Shown in pieces: positions 1 to 59,557 of a stretch of 64,000 nt of DNA. The first letter of the stretch is position 1, and each line of letters begins with the position of its first letter. The stretch is taken from assembly GCA_951406725.2 (NCBI GenBank), contig OX597825.1:36022001-36086000 (forward strand), read 5' to 3'. The stretch is from Octopus vulgaris (Eukaryota). The notes under the pieces were generated by a model, which made no database searches, was not told the origin of the DNA, and saw only the letters and a list, made by a program, of their open reading frames with translations. Both the position numbers and the translations under genes were made by a program.

Positions 1-75
1 ATGAACAAGTGTCTTTAACTATATCCCTAGCCTTATGAAAGCCTTGTGATCACCACCACCACCACCACTACCATC

Positions 76-107
<32 letters not shown>

Positions 108-1472
108 TTAAAATCCGTTTTCCATGCTGGCATGGTTTGGACAGATGACAGGAGCTGGCAAGGTTAGGGACCACACAAGGTTCCAATGTTTACTTTGGCA
201 TGGCTTCTATAGCTGGATGCCTTTTTTAATGCCAACCACTTTACAGAGTATACTGGGTGCTTTTTACGTGGCATCATCACCAGTGCTTGACAACCAGTGC
301 TGGTTTGTTTATGTCAATGTGAAAATAAGTACTAAGGTCAATGTGCTCAACTAAAACCTTCAAAACCTAGTACGTGACTGAAACCTGTAAAAGATGTTAA
401 ATGATAAAGTGGGATAAATTATTTTGGTTGTGTGGTACAAAATAACATATCAAGCCAAGTGAAATTGTAATCATGGCAAATACTGGTGTCACACAACTGG
501 AGTCTGGTGCAGCTCCTCAGCTTACCAGCCCTTGTCAAACTGTCCAACCCATGCCAGCATGGACAATGGACATTAACTGATGATGACAATGATGATGATG
601 ATAGTTACTTTCAGTTTTACAGCCTTTAGTTTAGAGGGAAAGTAATACATAAATCACCCGCATTTCTCCTCGGTGTCAGCAATATATAGCAGCTAATTGT
701 TTTATAATTGTTTAGGAGCTGATGCTAATCTGTCAGTGTTCATTTTATGTTAAAGTACAACAGTTTATAGCAGAATTACATCAAGTTGAAAGGGTAGGAA
801 ACAGAGTGTTACCCAACACCGTAGGGAGCTGGCAACAGCTGAGTCAAGAAAATGAGAGGGATACAACAGCGGCTTATACAACCTCACAGTTGAAGTCAAG
901 TGGAACGACAGCAGCCCCAACAAGTTTTGAGTGTTTCACTTGGTTGTTATTATAATGTTATGGTTATATCTCATTCAAAGCAACTGTATGTTTATTCTAG
1001 GCCGGTTTCATGTTTTCTGCTCTACTTGCAACCATTGTATACAGTAATTTAAATAAATGACTTTTATTTTTTTTTTAAGTATTGCTATTTGTCCTACTTT
1101 AATATTCAGCTGCTTTCCCACTCCACTAATCTCTAGAATACCATTAATGAGTTTGAAGTAATTAAAATCTTTGAAAAAATTCTTATACACTAAATAATTT
1201 GGAAAAAAATATACTTCTGACAATGGCTATCAGTTATTTACAACCTGGATGAGTTTATCCACAAAAGATTAACTGTGACATTCCCACCAAAAATTTGTAA
1301 GATCTTAGGTTAAAAGATGTTGAAATAAAGGCTGGAAAAGACATGGAAAATGATTTAGTGAAATTGTTTGGCAAATACCCAGTAAAAAGATGAGCAAATG
1401 GGAAAAATTTGGAACTAACTACTTATAAGATATAAGTATTGATTAGAGCACAAATATTAATATTTTTCCATA

Positions 1473-1512
<40 letters not shown>

Positions 1513-2259
1513 GTATGTATTTACATGTGTATATGTGTAAGTACTTATCTGTCCAAAAACATCTACACAGGCATTCATATATGTATAGACATATATTTAC
1601 AAATACAAACAAATACATACTGATAGTATTACTCATATTAAACACAAAAGGTATTTTGTCATGAGATGTATTAGAAATTAATTATTTGTTAATGAAAAAA
1701 GCTTTTTTCAGGTGAGGAAATAGGTTTAAAAGGAAAAGATGGCTTTCACAAATCAGATGAAGTTGTGCATATTTATATATGTTTATATATGTGTGTGTAT
1801 GTAAGTGTAGATACAAAAATAAGTGATATATCATAGGTGGTAAGCACCTTAACTTTGCATGCATGCACACACACACACACACATACACGCGCATGCACAC
1901 ACATACACACACACACACACATACACGCACACACACACACACACAGTGAATCACTGTACTTGCATTCATTGAACTGGAGTAAGCCTTCAACAGGGTCCTT
2001 CACCTGTGATCTGATGGCTCCTGAGGTAGACAAATGACTTGTGTCAACCTTGCAAGCAGTAAGAATTAGCAACAAGTTCAGAAATGGATTTAGTATACAA
2101 ATAAGAGTTCACTAGGGTTAGGTTTTCAGTCTCCAGCTATTCATCACAGTACCCCTGTCCATAACAGAAGATTTTAAAACCAGTTGTTCTTGGGAACTGG
2201 TTTTAAATTGCAAATGACTGAGTTCTTAGAGCAAACTGTGAAGTAGATAGAAAACAAAT

Positions 2260-3080
2260 TTCTGATGTAGAAGTAAAAACTAGAATCAGAGGGCAAGTCC
2301 AAAGTTCTAGTAATTAGGAAAACAAACAGGACTCTACTCCTTTCCGGAAAAAGCCCTGCTCAGTATATGAGAAAAGTATACATAGAAGTTTCATTTGGTG
2401 CACTCAGTGTAATTTATAGATGCACAAGAAATACAATGAAATTTCAGGAAGTATAAAGTAAACTTTATATAGAGAAGTAATAAACATTAAGTAAACACAA
2501 GAAATAAATTTTCTTGAATGCTCAGGAGGAGAATATTCTGAAAGAAAGGTTTCTGGAATAAGAACAAATGGGGAGAATTTAGAGAGCTATTACCTCTGTT
2601 GAGAACAAAAGGTCTCTCTCTCACTTTCTCAGAGTGAAAGACAGATTGTATGATGTTGGGTATGAACAACAGTGCTACATGGTTGTGATATGTGGGGCCT
2701 GAATGCAGATGACATGCAAGGACCAGAAAGAAATGAAGCTAGCATGTTCTATTGGATGAGTGATACCACTGTGCATGTAAAACAAAATGCAACTGTGTTG
2801 AGAGAAAAACTGGATGTAAGGGGAATCAAATGTAATGTGCTAGAGAGAAGACTGCACTGGTATGAACATGCAAACCATATCGATGAGAACAGCTGTACTG
2901 ATCACTCAAAGTAGATAGAAGTTGTGAAAGAAAGAGACCAGGAAGTGATGAGATGAAGTAGTAAAGGTCAGCCTCAGGAAGTTGTGCCATGTGGAGATGA
3001 TGACAAGAGACCAGAATCATATGCAAATCACTATGTTTAAGAAGATGCATTTGTTGCAACAAAAATTTCTAAAAGCAGTA
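2260..3080 (+). mobile_element. Old RTE LINE fragment (an opposite-strand piece also at ~1990-2080)
   Basis: WGEFRELLPLL.TKGLSL, MLHG..W...DMQ..ERNEASM, RRLHWY. Confidence 0.8.
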
Positions 3081-3897
3081 TGTGTACTACTGTACATTCA
3101 CTGGGCCCTGCCCCTGCATCCAATTTGTCCCCTTCAAGCCTACTTCACCTCTCATCTTCCTAACACTCATCTCTCCACTCTTACAACCACAACACTATTA
3201 AGTTTATGTAGTCAATATGAGAGCAAAGTCTGCACATATTTCATCCCTTCTTTGTGCTACCAGTTACCTCCTCCTCTTCTTGAAACCATTTCCTTTAAAG
3301 TTCATCCCTTATTCTCAATATCATCCCTTCCCACTCTATTTTCCATTGATCACCCTTCTCAATACCTTCAGTTATCTCTCTCCCTCTCTATCCTCTGAGC
3401 TTTATAGTAGGACTGATGTACCTCTTCATTAATAACCCCACTTATCTAACATCATTCTCATCACTGTTGTATATCAACTTCAACAGACTCCCCATCCACT
3501 TTTGTCCCCAGCACTCGATAGCACCCCCCCACCAACATCCATCTCTGTCACTGTGCATCTCTTTCTCTCACCATCCCCACATCATTTCCCTCTTTTCTGA
3601 CCGACCTACAGATTTATTATACTTCTATTCTCCACCCTACCTTAGTGCTCCTCCTTCCTAAGCTACTCCTTTTAGTTTCACCTTCTCCACCTTGCTCCCT
3701 TAACTACATTCACCTCCAGACCTCATCTCTAACCATCTGTCACATTCCTCTTACACTCTACTGAACTTATTCACCCACATTTCCCAATTCTTTGTCTGCA
3801 TTCTCTCTTATAATCACCAGCTTGTTTCTTGGGATTATGCTCTGACGTCTCATCACCGTCTGTGCCTGTTCCTTGATCATAATTTTAACCTCTGAAC

Positions 3898-4154
3898 CAG
3901 TGTTTCTCAACCATTTTTTGCTTATGGACTCCTTTGATTCCTATTTTATTCTACTGGACTTCCATAGCCATTCAAGGAATATAAAAAGAATTCCATATTT
4001 TTATAATTAAATATTATTAGGAATTGTATAAAAGAAATTGTTAAAATATTTTGTGTATTGTAGAAGTAATAACCAGTTTATTGCTCATAAATTTTAATGA
4101 GAAAATCTTATATGGATCCCCAAAGGCCATGTGGACCCTGGTTGAGAATCACTG
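3898..4154. mobile_element. hAT (Charlie-type) MITE
   Basis: TIR CAGTGTTTCTCAACC / GGTTGAGAATCACTG; second copy of the family at ~45285-45524. Confidence 0.75.
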
Positions 4155-4399
4155 TTCTTAAAACTTGCCATAAAGCCAATCCTTCTCTACAATAGTCTCA
4201 CTCAGTTGAAGGGTCTTTTTCTTTGTTTTGCAAGTTATTTAATGATCTCACTTCTGCTGATGTTATAGTTTCTAGTGGGTATATAATTAGGAGACTTACT
4301 TACATAAAAGCCATTACAAATATACATAATATGATCAGAAGGGTAGAACATCATAGAAAGGAACAAATAGTTTAATCACCAAAAATATGATGAAGTCAA

Positions 4400-5950
4400 A
4401 CTAACTAGGCAGGTGTTTTCATGGGATAGTAATTACATATAGCACACCACATACCATAACATATAGCTTATGACATATGCAATGCAATTTAATTCACCAT
4501 ATCCCATAATTTTATTATGTATAATACTAGAGGGTAAGTTTACAATAGATACAACATCAAAATTAATTTCCACCATCAAAGTTCAAGTATGGCATTTATA
4601 ATTGCTAATTTCAAAAATACTTAAATGTATGGGTGACACTATGTATGCATGATACCCTTAGGTCTAATCTATTATTAATCAGGTTGTTATTATTCCTATA
4701 CTTAAAAATCTCATAAGTTTCCATAGAGCACAGCTCACACCCATATCGAATATCTCTATAAAGCTGCACTTTCCAAATTATATCCCATTTAAGGCTAAAT
4801 TCAATCCTGCTTTCCTTTAGTTACCAAATATTGCTAGATAAGGATGTACAATTGGCTTTATGTTTAAATCTAAAAGATGAAAAATGGATATTGATACGTT
4901 TTTTCATATATATCGAACATCCTATATATATAAAGTTAGCAGCCTCAGTTATGATTGTACATTTATAAATTGTTTTGGATTAGACATCGGTCTAATGGAC
5001 TGTGAGATTTAACTCTACAATTGCAACCAAGAGAATTACTACTATTAATATTGATATTCCAATCATCATCATTATTATTATTAATCCTACTACTACTATC
5101 ATATGTCTTATTTTTATTTCTATTATTATTTATATTTCCTTCAACTGTAGTATCATTCAAATTCATCTCAGCATCAACAAGTGTTGTGTCAGTAATCTCT
5201 GTGCTAGTATAAACCTCAGAGTTACAGTCTATATTCTATATATTAGATGTGTTAATACTGCTGTTTCTAATTCTTACATTACTATTAATATTATTCTCAT
5301 TGTAGGGGTTTAAGCTAGTGTTGACAGTAATATTATTAACACCTCTTGCCGATTTTATATTCTTTCTATTTAACCTTGCTATGATGGTACCCATATTGGG
5401 GAGGGTAGAATACGAGATTCTGTCTTACGGGAAAAAATTCTGTTATAGCTACAGGAAGCAGAGAAACTTTTTTCTAAAATTGCCATAAATTTCTTATATA
5501 TGTTTGTGGATATGGCACAGTTGAAGGGAATATTATACCAGATCAAATCCCTATTATCAGACCTCTTACGTATGTAAGGGTGGAATCTACCTGCTCTTTC
5601 AACACCTCCCAAAATCATGACTTGATTATTACGTATGTCCATATTACCAGTATTTTTCTTATTAGAGAGTGGCATAATCTGCCCAGTCGCCTCACTACCT
5701 TTATTATCTAAACTAATATTCCTACTGGTTATAGCATCTAATTTCCTATTGTTGCTTATGAAATATTGAAATTGATGGGTTTGCTAGATACCTTTCTAGT
5801 AGGTTTGTTTTCCCAACTAAGGCGAAACAATTTGTTGGCTATTTTGATTTTTTTATGATTCTTTTATGTTATATTATATCATATTATATTCATAGTATAT
5901 TATGTTACATTATAAATAAATTATTGGTTTGTCAATTGTATCTTTCTATT
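4400..5950 (-). mobile_element. Penelope-like element remnant (RT C-terminus plus GIY-YIG)
   Basis: IWYNIPFN..TNIYKKFMAILEKSF..IFS; CNC..PL..CL; YIG..R..H..SF; LS..IW.LK....F.LKW motifs with stops. Confidence 0.75.
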
Positions 5951-6147
5951 TAATTTGTTTCTATATATATATATTTATAATGTAGGCACAGGTACAGCTG
6001 TGTGATATAAAGCTTGCTTCCCAACCACATAGTTCTGGGTTCAGTCCTATTGCATGGCATCTTGGGCAAGTGTCTTCCTCTATAGCCTCAGGTCGACCAA
6101 AGTCTTGTGAGTGGATTTGGTAGACGGAAACTGAAAGAAACCCATTG

Positions 6148-6180
<33 letters not shown>

Positions 6181-6389
6181 ATTTATGTGTGTGTGTTTGT
6201 TCCCAACCGTTGGTGGTGTGTTTATATCCTTGTAACTTAGCAATTCGTCAAAAAGGAGACCAATAGAATAAGTACTAGGCTTACAAGAAATAAGCCCTAG
6301 GGTCAATTTCTTTGACTAAAACTGTTTAAGGTGCTGCTCCAGCTTGGCCACAATCAAATGACTGAGACATGTAAAAGAATATTATATAT

Positions 6390-7432
6390 AAGCTTAACCT
6401 TGAACATGCAGTCATGGCCTGTCCATGTTCTGTGCACCGTCATGAAGTGTTTATACAGTGACTGAATCAGAAATAATTCAATGTTCCTCAGTACCACATT
6501 TAGCGAACAGATCAGGATTAAGGACCTTATTCTGCAAAGTGTAACTTCAAATCAAATCAAGACAACATTTGTGAAAACTTCAAGTTGATTAATGTAGGTC
6601 TGATATAAGGGTCTATGATTCTGACCAATGTAGGAGATGGGTCAACACAATGACAGAATTAGCACTGATTTTAATTTTGTGGGATATTCTTATATAATTT
6701 TAAAGACTATAACAGTTTTCCAAAAGATTCTGTTCCCTTAGAAATTTGGTTGACAATCTCATCACATAGAGAAGCTCATCAGTTTAATGTGTTTCCAAAG
6801 TACTTAAAGGATTTCAAATATTTCAGGTTGCTGCCATGAATTATGGTAGATGTATCTAAGAATGTGTCAGTAGGTTGTATTTGTTTCATGGTTGTTATCT
6901 GATTAGGAGTAGGCTTTGACTTGTGCATTATTTCGAGGGTGGGTGCAGGTTATGCTCATGGTTAACTCAAAGGCTTTATTTGTGCGCAAAAAAAAATGAT
7001 GGGGAATTCTTGGGCTTCTTTGATTAATACTGCAACAGTTGCAGCATCATCTGCAAAAAAGATTGCAAATTAAACTGGTTCAGGCCAACGATTTAGCTTT
7101 CAAACATTAGTGATTAAAAGATCATTAGTTGTGCAAGGATTGAATTTAACACTTTTTCTGAGATCACGATTGGCATGTTGGATCATTATCAAGGAAAAGA
7201 GACCAATGAGAACATGAGCCAGGACAAAACCTTATCTAGTAGTGTTTGTAATGTTGAAAGCCTTGGTCAGATTGACAAACACAATGTAAAATTCAGAAAT
7301 TTCCTCAGCAACTGACAAAGAGAAAATATATCAGTAGCATCAAAAATCACATTACTATTCATTGTAGATGTGATTTATGAAATGCATGATTATTCTGTTG
7401 AAGATAATGTGGTGAAGGATTTTGTCAGTAAT

Positions 7433-7506
<74 letters not shown>

Positions 7507-8200
7507 GCAGATAGACAGGCAGAGAGATGCCATGTGAGTTGCCATAGACAACTTTTCTGCCATCATTCTGAGGTATTTTATAAAATGCTCCTTGAGTACC
7601 AGGTAACATGACCAGCCTTCTAAACAAATTTAAATAACTCTAGGAGTCTCTGAGTTTACCCCTAAACTTGTGAATTCTAGGAGGAATGCCAGCCTCCCCT
7701 AGGAGCTTTGTCTGAGCAAAGTTGTTTGACAGAGTCTTAGATTCTTTGAAGCATAGTTCACAGGACAAATAAGGTAGGTATGGTCTTTGAGGAATACAGA
7801 CAACTACACTGCCTTCGATTGTAGACAGTGTCAAAATGTTCTTTACAGCATCATAAAAAAATGTCTTTCCTGTTGGTTAACAATATCTGGCCAACAGGAG
7901 CATACATTGAACAATTTAGTCCTTGGTTTACATAAAAGATGGGATAGTTGCAGATGAAACATCTTTGGTGGGGGGCTAAACAGCAAAAACAATTAGTATG
8001 CCAGCCAATAAGGGGATTTCTACTTTGTTGCTGGACCTGCTTAAAAAATTATTTCCAAACCATGCTCAAATCACTCCTTACTGTCTTGAATAAAGGATAT
8101 TTCAGAGAATTTGATCTTAGATACCTCCAGAAATATGAAACTGTTGTGGAGCATTTTTGATTATAAATCTCTCCAACCAGAGTTTATAATAAACTATGTA
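6390..8200 (-). mobile_element. Old RTE (BovB-type) LINE RT remnant, interrupted by (AG)n at 7436-7502
   Basis: Fragments FVNLTKAF, GFVLA..L, FFADDAA.VA and FKYFG; heavily decayed. Confidence 0.6.
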
Positions 8201-8654
8201 CTCCAGCATCCAGGGACAATTGTTGTATACCCTCAGGTGAACATGCAACATACAGTTAGTAGCTAGTCAAATGACTCTAGCCACTGTCATGTATTCTCTG
8301 GTGAGTCTTGGTATAGCAGGACTACGATATACTAGTAGTTAGTGAAATGACTCAATGCAATATACAAATCCCTCAGAGACATAACCATGCTTGTATTTCT
8401 TAGAGGGACATCCTCTGCACTCCAGCATGCAGTGGCACTTGTGGGGGATTCTTAAGTCAGCTCTCCCACAGTATAGCTAAAGTTCTTCCTTTTCAAAATT
8501 GGTTGGGTGAGATTTCAAGATTTGACTGCTTCTTCTAACAGTTTGAATAACTTTGAAGAGGTTTCCTCATTGGCATTTCTTAGTTCATATCAGCCTTAAT
8601 CCAGCAGATGCTGGTTGTGATGATGCTGATGTCATTTCACTTTATGTCAACCTT

Positions 8655-8881
8655 GTCCCTTTCGTTACTGTATTTATTTTGAGATGTTCTGTGTTTTTTT
8701 CAATTACTTTAAATATAACAAAGAATTTAGTAAAATAATTTAGTTATCACTCAGCTAGTGTTAGGAACATAAATTGTGACTAAGGTTTGGTGGAAGATTT
8801 TAATTCAAAACTTATGGAAACAAGGCATTTGTACTACAGAGCCAGAGCCGGTTTTAGCCGGGTTGGTAATGAAAGGGTTAA
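8655..8881. mobile_element. piggyBac-type MITE (related, interrupted copy at ~9536-10190)
   Basis: Ends CCCTTTCGTTAC ... GTAATGAAAGGG-TTAA match the TIR of 27875-28969. Confidence 0.6.
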
Positions 8882-11230
8882 CGATGAATGTTATAAAAAA
8901 AAACATTCCTGCCATGACCATTTTCGTTTTTCTTTTAAGGCGCAGTGTATCTAACTAGGACTGAATTATTTCATGTATCCTTTCCTTTATTTTATGATAG
9001 CAGAGTGTTATGGAAGGGGATTTGGTTGATATCTTTATTTAATCAAATAACCGCAGAGCACCATGGGATGGCACCTAGAAAGTTACCCTCCAAGATACAA
9101 ATCTGGGCAAGGTTGTTTATGGAAGACCAGCAGTTGCTCATGTATACCAGCCTCCAGAAATAGCGATTGTAACTCCTTCAAAGTACACCCTAAGAGCGTG
9201 AAAAGGGAAAATAAGTGGAATCCTAAGAATTAATGAAAGTAACACTACGTCTTTAATCTTAGGTTGACTGGATCTGAGCTGACCTGGAGCTAGACAAAGC
9301 AAAAACACGCTAAGTTCACACTCACAAAAATGCAAGTGTTGAAAACAGTTCTCTCCCTTGTTTAGCTATTTAAATTCATGTTGAACTGACTAAACCAAGG
9401 TTGTCTTAAATTGAGAAATACCCGGTCCAACCCGACGAAATGTTAATAGAAATCACCACACCCCGCTACCTTTTGTCATGCTGCTGGACAAGATTAAATA
9501 GTTTAAAACCATCTTAATTCTATTGATTTTATCGACCCTTTTGTTACCAGATATCCATTGAAATATAGAGCCTTTGTTTCAATTTTGAAAACTATGAAGA
9601 AATAATTTTAACAGCTTTGTCATTATTAAGATAGTTTTAAGAGCATAAATTAGCATGAAATTTTGAGGGAAGACTTTAATTCAGATCAATTCAAAACAGC
9701 CACCACAAGGTCCAGTCCTTTTTGCAGTATGGTGGCTTGTGTGCCTCACTGACGCCAAGAGCTATGACAGCAAAATACAAACTTATAGCAGGGCTTTCTA
9801 TGTTGGTCAGATCAAAAAGATAGAGGCCAAATTAATATGGATCACCTCTTTCCAGGGTAAAAATGGGTGTGTAGAGCCAACACCCCTACTTAGAAAAAAA
9901 AAATTAAAGTTACAGAATAATCAGTAACAATTCAAAACCAACAAGGCCTGAGAAAGAAAGGCCTTTCCTCAAAGAAACATATGATACTCTAAAAACATTT
10001 GGAGGCATGATGTTGAGGCAGAGCTGAAAAAGCAGGGACCCAACTGGAGGGGAGCAGAAAAGGCAGTACTGAGTCAAGATCAGTGAGGTAAGTTATCAAT
10101 GGCCTATGCTCCATTGGGAGAGAAGGGCTTAAGTATTTTAAAGCAAGAATCAAGGTGTGGTCTCTGTGGGCTTTGTACCAAAAGGGTCAAACATGGCAAT
10201 TTGTTTGTTCTTGTTTCAATCCTCTCAGGCCCCACCTCTATATGAGAATTTCTGAGCTAAACTATAAGATGACAGAGAAGCAATCAACATATCCGTAGTT
10301 TGTTTCCTATAACTGGCATAACACTATGTCAGTAACCAAGATTCTTGACACTCACTTCTCTTATAGTGATTCTTTAACTTTGTTATAAAACTACCGTGGC
10401 TCACAGTAGTGAATTATATGACACCATGCTATTTAGCTCGAAACACCAGACCATAAGACAGCATACCACCAACAAGCCAATGAAAGAGTCTCTACTAGAA
10501 ATAGCTGCCATATTTCTCCTGTTATTCATATTAATGCTCTAACATATTCCTCTTGAAATCGTTTTGTGTTTTTATATATCTATATTGTATAATGTATATT
10601 TAGAAATTGTTATTTTCATATGTAAAGGTGTTTCATGTATAAAGATGTTGCCTGTGTTGTTTTCTTGTGCTTTTTTCCCCCCCCCGTAAATGTCCATGGG
10701 AATGCAATCTCATTTGATATTACAAAAATCAATTTCGCATTACGGAATTTCGTGTTACAGCCAGATTTTCAGGAATGTATTACTTCTGTAAAGAGAAGGA
10801 TTCCTGTATAAAAGATATTTGCTATTTCATCTTGTTAGTCATCAGAGCAATGAGAGACAATAGTTTTGAGGATGCACTGGTTTGGGAAAATATACGAATT
10901 GGTTGATCTGAGAAAGAATCAAATATATAATGTAGGAAATGGAAATTTTTCGAAAAGAATGCTATGAAAAAGTATAACATACTTTTTGTAAAAAAAAACC
11001 AAAAAAAACGTAACATGAAAAAAACAAAAGACAAAACAAATGGAAACTACATTTTGTATTCATGGAAAAATATAAAAGCAAATACATTGTAAGGAAGGGA
11101 CATAACTCTTAATTTTTATATCTAACGCTCAAAATTGGAAATTATTTGACGATTTGTGTATCTGATTATTGAAAATATGTAAATTATGACTTAATGTGTG
11201 TGTGCTTTTTTGTACCAGTGTATTAATATA

Positions 11231-11236
11231 TTTATT
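11231..11236 (-). promoter_or_regulatory. Candidate polyadenylation signal of ALDH (alternatives at ~12062 and ~11435)
   Basis: AATAAA on the minus strand ~1.1 kb after the stop in AU-rich sequence; no transcript evidence. Confidence 0.35.
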
Positions 11237-11763
11237 GGAACATTCAGAAATCATTACACCTGAGCACTGTATACAAAAATTTCATTTCATTATATTATAA
11301 TGTTTCGACGCTTTTGGTTAACAAACAAAGGTAGCAGAAGTATATATTGATTTCAAATTTTAACACAAGGTCAGTCATTCTGGGGGATGGGGTAAAGTCG
11401 ATTACATCGACCCCAATACTTGACTGGTACTTATTTTATTGACCCTGAAAGAATGAAAAGCAAAGTCTGCAGAATTTGAACTCAGAATGTAAGGACAGAC
11501 GAAATGATGCTTTAACATTTTGACTGGTATGCTAATGATTCGGCCAGCTTGTCACCTTTAACTATAGTGTACATTGAGAAATTTTCAACTTCTGTTGAAT
11601 ATACTAAATTACTTTCTGTATATAGTACTGAATACATTCTTGTTCACAGTGTCCGTATATGTATGGTTAATCCAAACATGAACAAAGAGAAAATACAACA
11701 ACGTGAGAACATGGAACAAGTATAGTGTTATTGGACGCCCAGGAAAGGAAAGAAAGAAGGAGG

Positions 11764-11800
11764 ATTTAACGTTTTGAGCAGAGCTCTTTGTCAGAAACAT
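11764..11800 (-). ncRNA. Degenerate minimal hammerhead motif in a short repeat
   Basis: GTTT-CTGACAA-A-GAGC-TCT-GCTC-AAAA-CG-TT-AAAT; reverting two CpG transitions gives CTGACGA...GAAACGTT. Confidence 0.55.
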
Positions 11801-12345
11801 AGAAAAAGGAAAGGTCCAAGGAAGGGAAGATGGAGAAAGAAAATCGCCAACGATACACATGTGGTCACATATTGAAATATATATATATATATAATATTAG
11901 GGAATATTATTCCAAACTTACAGGGAAAAATTCAATTTGGTAATACTAAATCAAATTTCACAATATATAATGTATGTATATATTTATATTGATTTATATA
12001 TGTATATTTATATAAGTATATTTATATATGTATATTGATTTCAAATTTTGGCACAAGGTCATTTATTCTGGGGAATGGGGTAAAGTAGACCCGAATGCTT
12101 GATTGGTACTTATTTTATCAACCCTGAAAAACGGAAATCGTCAAAACATAACAAACAGGAAAAAGACAATAGTACAACAATGGCAAACGGGACAAAACAA
12201 GATGCACGGATTATTCACTGCCAATTGCTTCTTCAGTCGGAGTCCATGTAGTTTTGCCCAATCCTCTCCGATACTACTCGAAACCAGTTGGGCCAAGGGC
12301 TTAAGCTGAAGGCATTAAGCCCCTGAGCAAGGCAAAGTGATGTCT

Positions 12346-57784
<45,439 letters not shown>

Positions 57785-57990
57785 AGTTGAAAAGATGTAT
57801 TACTGTTCGGTATATGGAAGTACTCCTTTGTAGGTGACAAGTTCTGTTCTGTTCGTGTACTCTTAAGAAAAGTGACACGACGAATATGAATGAAACTGTC
57901 AAGCAATAAGTTCAACGAACGAAACAGCAGAGACAAGTATGTAAATATATATATCTTACAAGCAAGACAAACTTCCCACTTCTTGTTGCT
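57785..57990 (-). promoter_or_regulatory. Putative ALDH 5'UTR/core promoter with TATA-like element near 57945-57955
   Basis: Repeat-free, CpG-retaining sequence directly upstream of the ATG; TATATATA on the minus strand. Confidence 0.35.
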
Positions 57991-58790
57991 AACTAAACTA
58001 ATGATGGTTCTGCTGTAAAGTGGGAAATTTTTTAATGTTTTGGGAGCAGTGCTTTTTATTTGAGAAATTTGCTCTCAACATACAACACCCTCCTGTAACT
58101 TCGTACTATTTTTTGTCACCCGCTGCACTTCGCACTTCTTTCAGACTTACACACACACCCTCTCTCTCTCTCCCTCTCTCTATCTATCCATCCATCCATC
58201 TCTTATTCTCACCCACACCTATTCCACTTGTCTTTCTATTTCATTCACTCTCTCTTAATATCTTCAGTTTTATTATATTTTCAATCACTCTCTCTCACAT
58301 ATTTGTTTTTCCCTGTCCACTTAATTATTTCAGTCAAAAACTCTCCCAAGTCCCTCCCTTTCATTAGCAGACGTTCACACACACATACATACATACTGAT
58401 TACACACGCACATGCATATACATACATATACTCATGTATATGTATGTTTGTGTGTGTACGTGCGTGCGTTAGTGTGGCGTCACCAGTGTCATTCAGCCGT
58501 CGATGCATGTAAATGAATACAAAGTACTGTAATTGTTGCGCACGCACACTGTAATTATGCACTCAAATGTCAATTACATACAATAAAGAGAGCAGAGTGA
58601 GAATATACTAGAGTAAGTCGAATATCTCTGTACTCCGGCTGCGTTGGGTTCTCCACACCATCCTCTCAGCATCCCTTTACTGCTCTGTAACATTACTTTG
58701 CTCAGTGAGTGTCAAACTGACAAATTCCTGGCACCAACAAATATTAATGAACTACTACTACTACTACTGCTACCACCACCACCACCACTG

Positions 58791-58823
<33 letters not shown>

Positions 58824-58844
58824 TTTCTTATTATTATTAAGAAG

Positions 58845-59285
58845 AAGGCAAGCTGGCTCGGCCGTCAGCACACTGGACGAAATGCTTAGCAGTATTTCGC
58901 CCGTCGCTACGTTCTGAGTTCAAATTCCGCCGAGGTCGACTTTGCCTTTCATCCTTTCGGGGTCGATTAAATAAGTACCAGTTACGCACTGGGGTCGATG
59001 TAATCGACTTAATCCGTTTGTCTGTCCTTGTTTGTCCCCTCTGTGTTTAGCCCCTTGTGGGTGGTAAAGAAATAGGTATTTCGTCTGCCGCCATGTTCCG
59101 AGTTCAAATTCCGCCAAGGTCGACTTTGCTTTTCATCCTTTCAGGATCGATTAAATAAATACCACTTACGCACTGGGGTCGATATAATCGACTTAATCCG
59201 TTTATCCTCGTCCCCCCAAATTGCAAGTACCAGTTGAGTACTGGAGTCGATATAATCGACTATCCCCCTCCCCACAAATTTCATA
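58845..59285 (+). mobile_element. Second tRNA-derived SINE family, tandem copies (other copies ~11350-11560, 23120-23560, 32290-32710, 33180-33390, 36975-37190, 37360-37570, 44935-45130, 51018-51245, 60950-61150)
   Basis: GAGTTCAAATTCCGCCGAGGTCGACTTTGCCTTTCATCCTTTCGGGGTCGAT..AAGTACCAG..CTGGGGTCGATGTAATCGAC recurs throughout. Confidence 0.85.
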
Positions 59286-59493
59286 CTCTTTTACTTGTTT
59301 CAGTCATTTGACTGTGGCCATGCTGGAGCACTGTCTTTAGTCGAGCAAATCGATCCCAGGACTTATTCTTTGTAAGCCTAGTACTTATTCTGTCAGTCTC
59401 TTTCGCTGAACCGCTAAGTTACGAGGACGTAAACACACCAGCATCGGTTGTCAAGCGATGTTGAGGGGACAAACACAGACACACAAACACACA

Positions 59494-59557
<64 letters not shown>

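Noticed and set aside
660-1420. Possible exon of a neighbouring gene or a transposase
   Set aside because: Multiple stops in the frames examined and no recognisable motif; left uncalled
12195-12245. CTGAAGA on the minus strand as a fourth hammerhead
   Set aside because: No convincing stem II or GAAA could be built
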